From Vicinamibacterales bacterium (GTDB taxonomy: Bacteria; Acidobacteriota; Vicinamibacteria; Vicinamibacterales; JAKQTR01), in the NCBI GenBank assembly GCA_025456345.1, contig JALOKU010000009.1, positions 19,255 through 83,254 on the forward strand: a DNA stretch of 64,000 nt. The letters are read 5' to 3'. Below are positions 9,687 through 20,818 of the stretch, piece after piece. The translations under genes were made by a program, and so were the position numbers. The notes beneath the pieces were generated by a model. It searched no databases. It saw nothing but the letters and a program-made list of their open reading frames with translations, and was not told the DNA's origin. Position 1 is the first letter of the stretch. Every line of letters starts with the position of its first letter.

Positions 9687-10256
9687 GTGACCGATGATGA
9701 CGCCGCGGACCGGCCCACGCTGGCGCCCGCGATGCTCGTGTCGATGCCGCAGCTTGCGGACCCCAACTTCCGCCACACCGTCATCCTGCTGTGCGAATAC
9801 AGCGCCGACGGGGCGTGGGGCCTCGTGCTGAACCGCCCGACCGGGAAGACGGCCGCCAGCGTGATCGAGTTCACGCCGCCCCTCGAGGGCGACAGCGGCC
9901 TGGAGATCTGGACGGGCGGCCCCGTCGAGACCCAGCGCGGCGCGCTCCTGCTGCCCGAGGAGCCGCTCGGCGACGACGCCTTCGAAGTGAGCCCCGGGAT
10001 CTTCGTGTCCTCCTCGGCCGAACTGCTGCGGAAGCTCATCGAGGGCCCGCCGGTGGAGAAGGCCCGGCTGCTGATGGGCTATGCCGGCTGGGACGCCAAG
10101 CAACTCGACCGCGAACTGACCGAGTCGTCGTGGCTCATCAGCGACGTGGCGGCCGAGATCGTGTTCGACACCAATCCCGCTGAGATGTGGGAAGCCGCCA
10201 TCCGCCGCCTGGGTGTCGACCCGGCCGCGCTGCACGCCAGTTCCGGGATTCACTAG
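9687..10256 (+). CDS. YqgE/AlgH family protein
   Basis: DPNFRHTVILLC, GLVLNRP, GGPV, GYAGW..QL..E...SW. Likely leaderless GTG start at 9687, 6 nt after TATCAT; the ORF track starts at 9660. Confidence 0.88.
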   Translation: MTDDDAADRPTLAPAMLVSMPQLADPNFRHTVILLCEYSADGAWGLVLNRPTGKTAASVIEFTPPLEGDSGLEIWTGGPVETQRGALLLPEEPLGDDAFEVSPGIFVSSSAELLRKLIEGPPVEKARLLMGYAGWDAKQLDRELTESSWLISDVAAEIVFDTNPAEMWEAAIRRLGVDPAALHASSGIH

Positions 10257-10262
10257 GCGCGC

Positions 10263-11456
10263 ATGCCCTCACTCATCTTCCGCAAGGGCCTCGACCTGAA
10301 GGCGGCCGTCGCCGGCGAACTGGCGCAGGACTACCGCAGTGCGCTGGTCGACGAGCTGAAAGGCTCCGACTTTACCTACCAGTCCGGCCGGCTCACGCTC
10401 CACCTCGCGCGGGAGTTCGGGTTCTGTTACGGCGTGGACCGCGCGGTGGACTACGCCTACCAGTCGCGGCGCAAGTTCCCGGACCGGCGCGTGTTCCTGA
10501 CCGGGGAGATCATCCACAACCCGCACGTCAACGAGAAGCTGAGGACGAGCGGCATCCGCTTCCTCGACGACGCCGGCGAGTCGCCCGGCTCACTCGGGCC
10601 CGAAGACGTCGTCATCCTGCCGGCGTTCGGGGTGACGATCGCACAGCTGGAGGCCTTCGACCGGCAGGGCTGCACGCTGGTCGATACCACCTGCGGGTCG
10701 GTGCTCAACGTCTGGAAGGCGGTCCGGCGCTACGCCGAGGGTGGCCTGACGTCCGTCATCCACGGGAAGATCCGCCACGAGGAGACCCAGGCGACAGCCT
10801 CGCAGGCCCTCAAGTCGCCGAGCGGGCCCTATCTTGTCGTGCTCGATCGCGCCGAAGCGGCGGACGTTTGCCGGTACATCCGCGAGGGGGGCAACCGGGA
10901 CGACTTCCTCGCGCGCTACGCCGAGGCTGCGTCGCCCGGATTCGATCCGGACCGGGATCTGGTCAAGGTCGGCCTGGCCAACCAGACGACCATGCTGATG
11001 ACCGAGTCGCTCGAGGTCGGCGAGATGTTCCGGGAGGCCCTGGCCGCCCGCTACGGCGCCGACGCGCTCGCCGAGCACTATCGGGCGTTCGACACGATCT
11101 GCAGCGCGACGCAGGATCGGCAGGACGCCGTCGTCGGTCTCCTGGCTGACCACCCCGTCGACCTGATGGTCGTCGTCGGCGGCTACAACAGCAGCAATAC
11201 GCTGAATCTGGCGAGAATCTGCGCGAACCGCGTGCCCACCTTTCACATCGCCGACGACGACTGCCTGATCTCCCCCGATGAGATCCGGCACCGTCCGGCA
11301 GGAGAGAAGGCCGAGGTGACGACCCGCAGGTGGATGGCCGCCGCCGGGCCGGTGTGCGTGGGCCTGACCGCTGGCGCCTCGACGCCCGACAACCTGGTCG
11401 GCGCCACGATTCTCAAGATCGCCCTCTTCGCCAACGCCTCGGCGGAGAACCGGTAA
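10263..11456 (+). CDS. ispH: 4-hydroxy-3-methylbut-2-enyl diphosphate reductase
   Basis: FGFCYGVDRA, EIIHNP, DTTC, NQTTM, TICSATQDRQ, SSNT, TAGASTP. Confidence 0.93.
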   Translation: MPSLIFRKGLDLKAAVAGELAQDYRSALVDELKGSDFTYQSGRLTLHLAREFGFCYGVDRAVDYAYQSRRKFPDRRVFLTGEIIHNPHVNEKLRTSGIRFLDDAGESPGSLGPEDVVILPAFGVTIAQLEAFDRQGCTLVDTTCGSVLNVWKAVRRYAEGGLTSVIHGKIRHEETQATASQALKSPSGPYLVVLDRAEAADVCRYIREGGNRDDFLARYAEAASPGFDPDRDLVKVGLANQTTMLMTESLEVGEMFREALAARYGADALAEHYRAFDTICSATQDRQDAVVGLLADHPVDLMVVVGGYNSSNTLNLARICANRVPTFHIADDDCLISPDEIRHRPAGEKAEVTTRRWMAAAGPVCVGLTAGASTPDNLVGATILKIALFANASAENR

Positions 11457-11482
11457 ACACTCCACGCCACCCGGTCGTAGTT
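11453..11482 (+). promoter_or_regulatory. Putative ECF-sigma promoter for the export operon
   Basis: GTAAAC-N15-GTCGTAGTT, the same layout as the element at 62026-62055. Confidence 0.4.
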
Positions 11483-11511
11483 CCCAGGCGAAGCGGAGGT
11501 GTAAGACCGCC

Positions 11512-11946
11512 ATGCTCATCTGGCGCGGCCTAATCTGGTTCCTGGTTCTGGCGCTGGCGGCTCCAGCCGTGGCGGGCGCCCAGGGTTTCAAGTGGTGGCA
11601 GTCCGATAAGTTCAAGACCGACTTGACGTTATCGGCTGACCAGATCACCCGGCTCGAAGAGGTCTACCAGAGCCTGCTGCCGAAGCTCACGGCGGGCAAG
11701 GAGGACCTCGATCGGCTCGAAAGCAGCCTGTCGACGCTCATCGCCGAGGGCGTGGCGCCCGAAGGCGACGTCATGAAGATGGTCGACCAGGTCGAGCGCT
11801 CCCGGGCCGAACTGGCGAAATCCCGCACCCTGATGATCTACCGGATGCACCGCCTCCTGACCGCTGACCAGAGGGTCAAGATGAATGCCCTCCATGAGCG
11901 CTGGGAGCGGGAACGCCGGCAGGTCCGCCGCCAGCCAGCGAAGTAA
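11512..11946 (+). CDS. Periplasmic Spy/CpxP/heavy-metal-sensor-like helical protein
   Basis: Signal peptide and two LT/LSxxQ motifs (LSADQ, LTADQ). Confidence 0.75.
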   Translation: MLIWRGLIWFLVLALAAPAVAGAQGFKWWQSDKFKTDLTLSADQITRLEEVYQSLLPKLTAGKEDLDRLESSLSTLIAEGVAPEGDVMKMVDQVERSRAELAKSRTLMIYRMHRLLTADQRVKMNALHERWERERRQVRRQPAK

Positions 11947-11982
11947 CCGCGACAGGATAGCCCCTGACCAGGGAGGAGTTCC

Positions 11983-13647
11983 GTGAAGAGGATTGGGACA
12001 TCTGCACTCATGCTGGGACTGGTGGCGGTGGCGCTCGCGCTTCCCTCCGGCACGTTCGCCCAGGCGCCGTCCGGGCTCCCCGGCGCCGTTGATCAGGCCC
12101 GCGTCGACGAACTGGTGAAGTACGCCAGAGAGAAGTACGTCCAGGGCCAGGCGCAGCCCGCGCCGGCGCAGCAGCGTACGCTCGAGGAGCGCGCGGAAGC
12201 CCGGCCCGTCATCCAGCTCACCGTGGAACAGGCGGTCAGGATGGCGCTCGAGAACAACATCGAGCTGTCCATCGAGCGCCTCAATCCCCAGTTGCAGGAC
12301 CTGACGCTCGCGCAGACGCGCGGCGCCTACCGGCCGACACTGGCGTCCACCCTGAATGCCAACTCGGCCGCGCCGCTGCCCACCAGCTTGTTGAACGGCG
12401 GCCAGAACGTGACCAACGAGACGGCCAATGCGAACGTGAACATCGCCCAGGTTCTCCCGTGGTTCGGCACGAACTACACCGCCGGGTTCAACAACTCGCG
12501 CACGAACACCACCAGCACGTTCGCGACCTTGAACCCGCAGTTCACGACGCAGCTCACGGCCTCGATTACGCAGCCGTTCCTGCGCGACTTCAAGATCGAC
12601 AACACGCGCAACCAGCTGCTGACAGGCACGATCACGCGCCAGGTCTCCGACATCACGCTGCGGACCCGCATCACGAATACCACCGCGACGACCAAGAACG
12701 CCTACTGGGACCTGCTCGCCGCGATCCGCGCGATCGAGGCCGCCAAGCAGTCGCTCGCGCTGGCCGAGAAGCTCATCGAGGACAACCGGGTCCGCGTCGA
12801 AGTCGGCACCCTGGCCCCCATGGACATCATCTCGGCCCAGGCCGAGGCGGCTACACGGCGGCAGACGCTGACCCAGGCCGAAGCGACGCGCCGCACGGCG
12901 GAGCTGGTGCTCAAGCGCCTCATCGTCAGCGAAACCAACGACCCGGTCTGGAGAGCGTCGATTGACCCGATTGACGTGGTGCAGGTCCGGCCGATCACTA
13001 TCAACCTCGAATCGGCCGTGACCGCCGCCCTCGACCAGCGGACCGACCTGCTGACGGCCAGGAAGAACCTGGAGGGCAGCGACGTCAACATCCGCTACCT
13101 GCGCAACCAGATGCTGCCCGCCCTCAACGCCGTTGCCACGCTGGGCACGCGCGGACTCGGCGGCAACCAGTTCATCCGCGAGGGCGGCGTGGTGGTGGGA
13201 TCGATCCCCGGCGGCTGGCCCGACGCCTTCGCCATGATGCGCCGCTTCGATTACCCGAACTGGACCGTTGGCGCGACCTTCTCCTACCCGCTGGGCCAGA
13301 GCTCGCAGGAAGCCGCCTTCGCCCGCGCCAAGCTGCAGTACCAGCAGTCACAGTCCCAGATTCGCGCGCTCGAACTGACCGTGGCGACCGAGGTGACCAA
13401 CGCGGCGCTGCAGGTCGAGAGCACGTTGAAGCGCATGGAAGCGTCACGCGCCGCGCGGGAACTGCAGGAGAAGCGCCTGGAGAACGAGCAGAGCAAGTTC
13501 GAGGTCGGCATGTCGACCAACTTCTTCGTGGTGCAGGCCCAGCGCGACCTGCTCGACGCCCAGATCGCCGAGCTTCGGGCGACGCTCGACTACCAGAAGG
13601 CGCTGGTCGCGTTCGAGCGTGTCCAGCAGACCGCTGGCGGCGTTTGA
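11983..13647 (+). CDS. TolC family outer-membrane efflux protein
   Basis: Signal peptide, 'LTVEQAVRMALENN', 'YWDL', 'KFEVGMST..V.QAQRDL' and two OEP repeats. Confidence 0.88.
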   Translation: MKRIGTSALMLGLVAVALALPSGTFAQAPSGLPGAVDQARVDELVKYAREKYVQGQAQPAPAQQRTLEERAEARPVIQLTVEQAVRMALENNIELSIERLNPQLQDLTLAQTRGAYRPTLASTLNANSAAPLPTSLLNGGQNVTNETANANVNIAQVLPWFGTNYTAGFNNSRTNTTSTFATLNPQFTTQLTASITQPFLRDFKIDNTRNQLLTGTITRQVSDITLRTRITNTTATTKNAYWDLLAAIRAIEAAKQSLALAEKLIEDNRVRVEVGTLAPMDIISAQAEAATRRQTLTQAEATRRTAELVLKRLIVSETNDPVWRASIDPIDVVQVRPITINLESAVTAALDQRTDLLTARKNLEGSDVNIRYLRNQMLPALNAVATLGTRGLGGNQFIREGGVVVGSIPGGWPDAFAMMRRFDYPNWTVGATFSYPLGQSSQEAAFARAKLQYQQSQSQIRALELTVATEVTNAALQVESTLKRMEASRAARELQEKRLENEQSKFEVGMSTNFFVVQAQRDLLDAQIAELRATLDYQKALVAFERVQQTAGGV

Positions 13648-13713
13648 TGATGAATATGGCGGGACCCGACACAGCCCCGGCGCGTCAAAGTCTGAGCGAC
13701 TCCGGCAGGACCT

Positions 13714-14982
13714 ATGCGTAAAGCACTCACACTCGGCATCGTGGCGGTGGCCGTCGCGCTCGGCGTCTGGATGTACTTGAGGCCCGGCCCGGCTGACGGC
13801 GCGTCATCCGCGCAGGCGGCCGCCGGCCAGCCCGGCGGCGGGGGCGGCCGCGGCGGCGCCTTCCGCCCGACGATGACCGTGGAAACCACGACGGCGAAAC
13901 GCCTCGGCGTGGCTGAGCGCGTCACGGTGGTCGGGAACCTGATCGGCGCGGTCACGGTTGACGTCGTGCCCAAGGTCAGCGGCCGCCTCGAGGCAGTGAA
14001 TGTCCGCCTCGGCGACCCGGTGCGCCGGGGCCAGTTGCTGGCGACGCTCGAGGACCGGGAACTGCGCGAGCAGGTGCGCCAGAACGAGGCCTCGCTGGAG
14101 GTGTCGAAGGCCACCGTCCGGCAGCGCGAAGCCGACCTCAAGAACGCCCAGAGCAACCTCGATCGCTCCCGGAACCTGTTCGGGCGCAGCCTGGTCGCGC
14201 GGCAGACGCTGGACGACGCCGAGGCGAGGTTCGACGCGGCGCTGGCGCAGGTCGACCTGGCCAAGGCCCAGGGCAACCAGGCGGCGGCGAGGCTGGAAGA
14301 GCTCCGCATCAACCTCTCGAACACGCGGATCCTCTCCCCCGTCGACGGCTTCGTCGGAAGCCGGCGCCTGGATCCCGGCGCTTTCGTGGGCACCAACTCG
14401 TCGTTCCTGTCGGTGGTGGACATCCACTTCGTGCGCCTCGTCGCGAACCTGGTCGAGAAGGATCTCCGGCGAATCGTCATCGACATGCCGGCACGGGTCG
14501 AGGTGGATGCGTACCCCGGCGAGGTGTTCAAAGGACGTGTCGCCCGCCTGTCGCCCGTGCTCGACCCCGCAACGCGCACGGCCCAGATGGAAGTCGAAGT
14601 CCCCAACCCCTCCGCCAGGCTCAAGCCCGGGATGTACGCACGCGTGCAGTTTGTCGTCCTCGAGCGGGCCGACGCCCTCACGGTCCCGCGCAATGCGATT
14701 GTCGACGTCGAAGGCACGCGCGGCGTGTTCGTCGCCGACGGCAAGACCGCCCGCTTCAAGCCGATCACGAGCGGCATTGTCGACGGCGAGGCCGTCGAGA
14801 TCACCGATGGCCTCGCCGACGGGAGCACGGTCATCACCCTGGGCTCCGCCTCGCTTCGCGACGGCGACCCGATCGTGGTCGCCGGCCAGGGCGGCCGGGG
14901 CGGGCGCGGCGAGGGCTCCAGGGGTGGCGGGCAGCCGGAGGGCGGAGCCAGGAGTGGGCAGCGCCCCGGCGGCGGGGCGTAG
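13714..14982 (+). CDS. RND efflux periplasmic adaptor (membrane fusion protein)
   Basis: N-terminal TM, lipoyl halves (PKVSGRL...GDPVRRGQLL; ILSPVDG), helical hairpin and LKPGM. Confidence 0.9.
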   Translation: MRKALTLGIVAVAVALGVWMYLRPGPADGASSAQAAAGQPGGGGGRGGAFRPTMTVETTTAKRLGVAERVTVVGNLIGAVTVDVVPKVSGRLEAVNVRLGDPVRRGQLLATLEDRELREQVRQNEASLEVSKATVRQREADLKNAQSNLDRSRNLFGRSLVARQTLDDAEARFDAALAQVDLAKAQGNQAAARLEELRINLSNTRILSPVDGFVGSRRLDPGAFVGTNSSFLSVVDIHFVRLVANLVEKDLRRIVIDMPARVEVDAYPGEVFKGRVARLSPVLDPATRTAQMEVEVPNPSARLKPGMYARVQFVVLERADALTVPRNAIVDVEGTRGVFVADGKTARFKPITSGIVDGEAVEITDGLADGSTVITLGSASLRDGDPIVVAGQGGRGGRGEGSRGGGQPEGGARSGQRPGGGA

Positions 14983-15017
14983 GCGGCAATCAGGTCGAAT
15001 CAGCAGAGACGGAACGT

Positions 15018-18000
15018 ATGAGCATCCCACGCACGGCCATTGAGCGCCCGATCACCATGTACATGCTCTGCGGGGTCATCGTGCTCCTCGGCGCGATTTC
15101 ACTCGTGCGGCTGCCAGTCGACCTGATGCCGGACGTCACCTTCCCCAGCATCACCGTCCGCGTGAGTTACGGCGGCGTCGGACCGCTCGAGATGGAGGAG
15201 CTCGTCACCCGGCCAATCGAGCAGGCGGTGAGCGCCGTCGCCGGACTGGAGCAGATCAACGCCACCTCGTCGGAAGGCAGTTCCACCGTCCGCCTGAACT
15301 TCGCGTGGGGGACGGACCTGAACGCGGCCGCCGACGACGTGCGCAGCCGCGTGGACCGGGTGCGCGGCCGCCTGCCGGAGGACGCGGACGCGCCGATCCT
15401 GTTCAAGTTCGACGCGTCGGCCATGCCGATCATGGGCGTGGGCGTCGAAGGCAACATGGACCGGGTCGCGCTGCGCGAGATGGCGCAGAACATCCTGTCG
15501 CCGCGGATGGAGCGCGTGCCGGGCGTGGCGGCCGTGAGCGTCGAAGGGGGGCTGCGGCGCCAGATTCACGTCGAACTGTCGAAGGAGAAGATTGCCGCCC
15601 TCAATCTCTCCGTGGACCGCGTGATCTCCATCCTGCGAACAGAGAACGAGAACACGCCGCTCGGTGAAATCGACGAAGGCGACACGACCTACCTGCTGCG
15701 CAGTCAGGGCCAGTTCGAGAACCTCGACCAAATCCGGGATCTCGTGGTGCAGTCGACCGGCAACGTGCCGGTCTACCTCCGCGACATCGCCGAGGTGAAC
15801 GACGCCACCGAGGACCTGCGGGCGTTCACGCGGATCAACGGCAAGCCGGCGATCCGGATGCGCGTCACCAAGCAGTCGGGGGAGAACACGGTGGCCATCG
15901 CCGAACTGGTGAAGGCCGAGATCGCGCGCATCAACCGCGAAGTGCCCAACGTGCGGCTGATGGTGCTCGACGACAGCTCGATCTTCATCCAGCGGTCGAT
16001 CTCGAGCGTCAAGGAAGCCGCCTATCTCGGTGCCTTCCTGGTCGTCGGTATCATCTTCCTGTTCCTGCGGGACCTCCGGTCGACGTTCATCATCTGCGCG
16101 TCGATCCCTATCTCGATCATCGGGACGTTCGCCCTGCTCTACTTCTCCGGGTTCACCCTGAACACGATGACATTTGGCGGGCTCGCGCTCGGCGTCGGCA
16201 TGATCGTCGACGCGTCGATCGTCGTCCTCGAGAACTCGTTCCGCCACATGGAGCAGTTCGGCAAGGACCGGAGGCAGGCCGCCATCGACGGCAGCGAGGA
16301 AGTCTGGTCGGCCATCCTGGCGTCGATCCTGACGCACATCTCGGTGTTCGTGCCGCTGCTGTTTCTGACCGGCATCTCGAGCGTGATGTTCAAGCAGCTC
16401 GCCATCGTCGTGATGTTCTCGCTCAGCATGTCGCTTTTCGTCGCCGTGACGCTCGTCCCGGTCCTCTGCTCGAAACTGCTGCGCCTGCCTCCTCCCGCCG
16501 AGGCGCGCCGCGGCCTCTCTGGCCGGCTGTTCACCTGGAGCGAGACGGTGCTGAGCCGGATGGACGACGGCTACCGGGCGCTGCTCCACAAGGCCCTCCA
16601 CCACCGCCCGACGGTCCTGCTCGCGGGCTCGGCGCTCTTCGTGCTGGCGCTCGCCCTGCTGCCCATGATCGGCTCCGAGCTGATGCCGCAGACCGACGAA
16701 GGCGAGGTGCAGGTCGACGTCGAGCTGCCCGTGGGGACCCGCATCGAGCGAACCGAGGCGACCATCCTCAGGCTGGAACAGATGGTCCGCGAGCTGGTGC
16801 CCGAGCTGGACATCCTCATCAGCAACGGCGGCGGCGGCGGGTTCATGGGCGGGTCGGGCCACCGCGGCTCGCTGACGCTGCGGCTCAAGCCCCGCGCCGA
16901 GCGCACGCGCTCGAACGAACAGGTGGCGGCGGATCTCCGGGTCAAGCTGACCGGCCTGCCAGGCGTGGTGCTCCGCCCGCGCGCCTCCGGCGGCAACAAC
17001 CAGATGAGCCGCATGTTCAACATGGGCGGCGAGGGGCGCCTGTCGCTCGAGATCCGCGGCCACGACCTCGAAGATTCCCGCGCCCTTTCCATTCGCGCGA
17101 AGGCGCTGATGGACCAGACGCCCGGCATCAAGGGCGCCCGCATCGGCCGCGAAGAAGGCCGGCCGGAGCTGGCCGTGCGCGTGGACCGGCCGAAGGCGGC
17201 CCTGCTCGGCCTGCGCCAGAGCGACGTGGCCAGCACGCTGCGCACGAACGTCGCCGGCACGACCGCCGCCCAGTTCCGGGAACGCGGCTTCGAGTACCCG
17301 ATCGTCGTCCGCCTGCGCGAGGAGGACCGGAGCCGGGTCGAGGACGTCGACCAGGTGATGCTCAGCGCCGGGCAGGGACAGGTGCTTCAGGCCAAGAACC
17401 TGCTCGACGTCCGCACGCAGAAGGGCCCGGTCCAGATCGAGCGGCGCAACCAGGAGCGCATCGCGCGCGTGAGCGCCGAGATCGAAGTGCCGCTGAGCGA
17501 GGCCGTCAAGGCCGTGCAGGCGCGGCTTCCCGGGATGGCTATTCCGCGCGACTTCTCCGTCGGGTTCGGCACCGAGGTCGAAGAGCAGGCCAAGGCGTTC
17601 AACCAGCTGCTGCTGACGCTGGTGCTCGCGCTCATCCTCACCTACGCGGTCATGGCGTCCCAGTACGAGTCGCTCAAGGACCCGTTCATCATCATGTTCT
17701 CGGTGCCGCTCGCCGCCATTGGCGTCGTCGGCGCGCTGCTGCTCACCGGCACGACGTTCAGCCTCCAGGCCTACATCGGCGTCATCATGCTCGCGGGCAT
17801 CGTCATCAGCAATGCCATCCTGCTGGTGGACTACACGAACGTCCTCCGGCGGCGGGACGGGCTGCCCCTGCGCGAGGCGGTCGAGCTTGCCGGCCGCACG
17901 CGGCTGCGTCCGATCCTGATGACCTCGCTCACGACGGTCCTCGGTCTGGTGCCGATGGCGATGGCGCTCGGCGAGGGCTCCGAGATCCAGGCCCCACTGG

Positions 18001-18146
18001 CGCGCGTCGTCATCGGCGGCCTCGTGACCTCGACGCTCATTACGCTCGTGTTCGTGCCCACCGTCTACACCGTCTTCGAAGAGGGCTGGAAGGGTCTCAA
18101 GCGCGGTCTTCACCATGAGCCCGCGGAATCGCAGCCGGGTGACTAA
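15018..18146 (+). CDS. RND efflux permease (AcrB/CzcA superfamily)
   Basis: 1042 aa; '[13 protein letters not shown]', 'NAILLVD', 'RLRPILMT'. Confidence 0.93.
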   Translation: MSIPRTAIERPITMYMLCGVIVLLGAISLVRLPVDLMPDVTFPSITVRVSYGGVGPLEMEELVTRPIEQAVSAVAGLEQINATSSEGSSTVRLNFAWGTDLNAAADDVRSRVDRVRGRLPEDADAPILFKFDASAMPIMGVGVEGNMDRVALREMAQNILSPRMERVPGVAAVSVEGGLRRQIHVELSKEKIAALNLSVDRVISILRTENENTPLGEIDEGDTTYLLRSQGQFENLDQIRDLVVQSTGNVPVYLRDIAEVNDATEDLRAFTRINGKPAIRMRVTKQSGENTVAIAELVKAEIARINREVPNVRLMVLDDSSIFIQRSISSVKEAAYLGAFLVVGIIFLFLRDLRSTFIICASIPISIIGTFALLYFSGFTLNTMTFGGLALGVGMIVDASIVVLENSFRHMEQFGKDRRQAAIDGSEEVWSAILASILTHISVFVPLLFLTGISSVMFKQLAIVVMFSLSMSLFVAVTLVPVLCSKLLRLPPPAEARRGLSGRLFTWSETVLSRMDDGYRALLHKALHHRPTVLLAGSALFVLALALLPMIGSELMPQTDEGEVQVDVELPVGTRIERTEATILRLEQMVRELVPELDILISNGGGGGFMGGSGHRGSLTLRLKPRAERTRSNEQVAADLRVKLTGLPGVVLRPRASGGNNQMSRMFNMGGEGRLSLEIRGHDLEDSRALSIRAKALMDQTPGIKGARIGREEGRPELAVRVDRPKAALLGLRQSDVASTLRTNVAGTTAAQFRERGFEYPIVVRLREEDRSRVEDVDQVMLSAGQGQVLQAKNLLDVRTQKGPVQIERRNQERIARVSAEIEVPLSEAVKAVQARLPGMAIPRDFSVGFGTEVEEQAKAFNQLLLTLVLALILTYAVMASQYESLKDPFIIMFSVPLAAIGVVGALLLTGTTFSLQAYIGVIMLAGIVISNAILLVDYTNVLRRRDGLPLREAVELAGRTRLRPILMTSLTTVLGLVPMAMALGEGSEIQAPLARVVIGGLVTSTLITLVFVPTVYTVFEEGWKGLKRGLHHEPAESQPGD

Positions 18147-18149
18147 GTC

Positions 18150-19985
18150 ATGAAAAAGTTCATTATCACGCTCATCGTGCTCGGCGCCATCGCCGCTTCC
18201 GTCGGCGCGTACTACAAGTACCGCACCCCCGGCGAAGAGGTGAAGATCTCCAAGCTGGCCGTGGCCCGCGGGGACGTCATCGAGTCGGTCGGCGCCACCG
18301 GCACCCTCCAGGCGGTGAAGACGGTACTGGTCGGGTCCCAGGTGTCTGGCAACATCAAGGCGCTGTACGCCGACTTCAACTCGATCGTGAAGAAGGGCCA
18401 GGTTGTCGCCGAATTGGATCCGTCGCTGCTCCAGACCCAGATCGAGCAGGCCCGCGCCAATGTCATCCGCTCGCAGGCCGACCTCGATCGGCTGAAGGTC
18501 TCGCTGGAGGACGCGAAGGTGAAGCTGAAGCGGTCCGAGAGCCTGGCCGCGCGCAAGCTGGTCGCGCCGCAGGAACTGGAGACCGCCCAGGTCGCCGTGC
18601 GTTCGGCCGAGGCCCAGATCAAGTCGTCGGAGGCGAGCCTCACGCAGTCGAAGGCCTCGCTCAACCAGAACGAGGTCAACCTCCAGCACACGGTCATCGA
18701 GGCGCCGATTGACGGCATCGTCATTTCGCGCAACGTGGACGTGGGACAGACGGTCGCGGCGAGCATGAACGCGCCGACCCTGTTCATCATCGCCGAAGAC
18801 CTGACGAAGATGCAGGTCAACGCGAATGTCGACGAGTCGGACGTGGGCCGCATCCGGGCCGGGCAGGCCGTCAAGTTCCGCGTCGACGCCTATCCCCTCG
18901 AGGAATTCACGGGCACGGTGTCGCAGGTTCGCCTGCAGCCGATCGTCACCCAGAACGTCGTGACCTACGCGACGGTCATCGACGTGCCGAACCCGCAACT
19001 GAAGCTCAAGCCCGGGATGACCGCGAATGTCACCATCGAAATCGCGCGGAAAAACGATGTGCTCCGCGTGCCGAACGCGGCGCTGCGGTTCCGGCCGAAC
19101 GCCGACACGTTCGCGGCGCTGAACCAGGCCGTGCCGCCCGAGATGCAGCGCGCCGCGGGCGGCGGCCGCCAAGGTATGGGCGGAGGCCGACCTGGCGAGG
19201 CTGGCGGCGCGGCGGCCGCCCCGACAGCCGCGCCGGGAGCCGGCTCCCCTGCGGGCGGCCGTGCGGCATCCGGCGAGAGCCGCGGCGCCCAGAATCCGCC
19301 GGCGCCGCCCGCCGCGGGCGCAAGCCAGGGCCAGGGCGGCCAGCGCGCGCAGAGCGCCGCGCCGGCCGTGGAACAGGGCCAGCGCGGCGCGAGCGGCGGA
19401 CAGGGCGGGTTCGGCGGCGGACAGAACATGGATCCGGAGGAGCGCCGCCGCCGCTTCCAGGAGCGCATGGCCAGCATGTCTCCGGAAGAGCGCGCGCAGT
19501 TCGAGGCGCGCATGCGCGAGCGCGGCATGGACCCGAACAACCCGGGTGGTGGCACGCCGGGCGGCGGCCGCGGCGGATTCGGGCAGAGCGGCGCGGCGGG
19601 CCCCGGCCAGCGAGGCCAGGGCGGGGCGCCCGGCACGGGCCGTCCAACGGGCCAGGCACCGGCTTCGGCGAATCGCGCCGGCGCCCAGACCATCGACCAG
19701 CTGTTTGGCCCGCTGCCCGTGACCGAGTCGAGCGGCCGCGTCTGGCTCGATGCAAGCGGGCAGCTGAAGTCGGTACGCGTGCGCCTGGGCATCACCGACG
19801 GCACCTACACCGAGTTGCTGTCGGGCGAGTTGCAGGCCGGCCAGGAGCTCGTCACGGCTGTCGTCACACCGGCACAAGCGGCCGCCGCGAGCTCGCGGTC
19901 GCCGCTGATGCCTGGCGGGCCTGGCGGCGGACGACCCGGCCAGGGATTCCCGCAGCAGGGCGGACAGCGCGGCGGAGGCCGCTAG
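18150..19985 (+). CDS. MacA-like periplasmic adaptor with a long Gly/Gln/Pro-rich insertion
   Basis: VGSQVSG...DFNSIVKKGQ, APIDG..GQTVAAS, LKPGMTA; low-complexity insertion over about 19140-19690. Confidence 0.88.
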   Translation: MKKFIITLIVLGAIAASVGAYYKYRTPGEEVKISKLAVARGDVIESVGATGTLQAVKTVLVGSQVSGNIKALYADFNSIVKKGQVVAELDPSLLQTQIEQARANVIRSQADLDRLKVSLEDAKVKLKRSESLAARKLVAPQELETAQVAVRSAEAQIKSSEASLTQSKASLNQNEVNLQHTVIEAPIDGIVISRNVDVGQTVAASMNAPTLFIIAEDLTKMQVNANVDESDVGRIRAGQAVKFRVDAYPLEEFTGTVSQVRLQPIVTQNVVTYATVIDVPNPQLKLKPGMTANVTIEIARKNDVLRVPNAALRFRPNADTFAALNQAVPPEMQRAAGGGRQGMGGGRPGEAGGAAAAPTAAPGAGSPAGGRAASGESRGAQNPPAPPAAGASQGQGGQRAQSAAPAVEQGQRGASGGQGGFGGGQNMDPEERRRRFQERMASMSPEERAQFEARMRERGMDPNNPGGGTPGGGRGGFGQSGAAGPGQRGQGGAPGTGRPTGQAPASANRAGAQTIDQLFGPLPVTESSGRVWLDASGQLKSVRVRLGITDGTYTELLSGELQAGQELVTAVVTPAQAAAASSRSPLMPGGPGGGRPGQGFPQQGGQRGGGR

Positions 19986-19989
19986 GGCC

Positions 19990-20814
19990 ATGCCTGTTAT
20001 CTCGGTCAGGAACCTGAAGAAGACCTACATCGTCGGAGACATCCAGGTCCACGCCCTGCGCGGCGTGAGCGTGGATGTCGAGGCGGGCGAGTTCGTGTGC
20101 GTGACCGGGCCGTCCGGCTCGGGCAAGTCGACGTTCATGCACATCCTGGGCTGCCTCGACAAGCCGACCGCCGGCCAGTACATCCTCGGCGATCAGGACG
20201 TGTCGACGATGTCGCGCGACGAGCTCGCGAAGGTCCGGAACCACCGGATCGGATTCGTCTTCCAGGGTTTCAACCTGCTGTCGCGGACAAGCGCCATCGA
20301 GAACGTGGAACTGCCGCTGCTCTACAGCCGCGAGCACATCAAGGCGTCGGATCGGCACAAGCGCGCGCGCTCCGCGCTCGAAATCGTCGGGCTGCTCGAT
20401 CGATCGCACCACCACCCGAACCAGCTGTCCGGCGGGCAGCAGCAGCGCGTGGCGATCGCGCGCGCGCTCATCAACGACCCGTCCATCCTGCTGGCCGACG
20501 AGCCGACCGGGAACCTTGACAGCCGCACCAGCATCGAGGTGATGGACGTGTTCCAGCGCCTCAACATCGAGCGCGGCATCACGATCCTGCTCATCACCCA
20601 CGAGCACGACATCGCCGAGTACGGCACCCGGACGATTGCGTTCCGCGACGGGCACATCGTGCGGGACGAGTTCAACCAGCACCGGCGCTGGGCGAAGGAC
20701 GAACTGGCGGCGCTGCCGCCGCCCGAGGTGAACGGCACCACAGACTCGCCGAGCGGCGGCCTCAAGCGGAAATCGGCGCCCAAGGCCGCAGCGGCCGGGC
20801 CGGCCGGGAGCTGA
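19990..20814 (+). CDS. ABC transporter ATP-binding protein (MacB/LolD type)
   Basis: GPSGSGKS, LSGGQQQRVAIARA, ADEPTGNLD. Confidence 0.93.
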   Translation: MPVISVRNLKKTYIVGDIQVHALRGVSVDVEAGEFVCVTGPSGSGKSTFMHILGCLDKPTAGQYILGDQDVSTMSRDELAKVRNHRIGFVFQGFNLLSRTSAIENVELPLLYSREHIKASDRHKRARSALEIVGLLDRSHHHPNQLSGGQQQRVAIARALINDPSILLADEPTGNLDSRTSIEVMDVFQRLNIERGITILLITHEHDIAEYGTRTIAFRDGHIVRDEFNQHRRWAKDELAALPPPEVNGTTDSPSGGLKRKSAPKAAAAGPAGS

Positions 20815-20818
20815 ACCC

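Noticed and set aside
15099-19991. 1630-aa ORF on the minus strand
   Set aside because: It is the antisense shadow of the RND and MFP genes. It has no domain motifs, and high-GC codon bias removes stops on the opposite strand.
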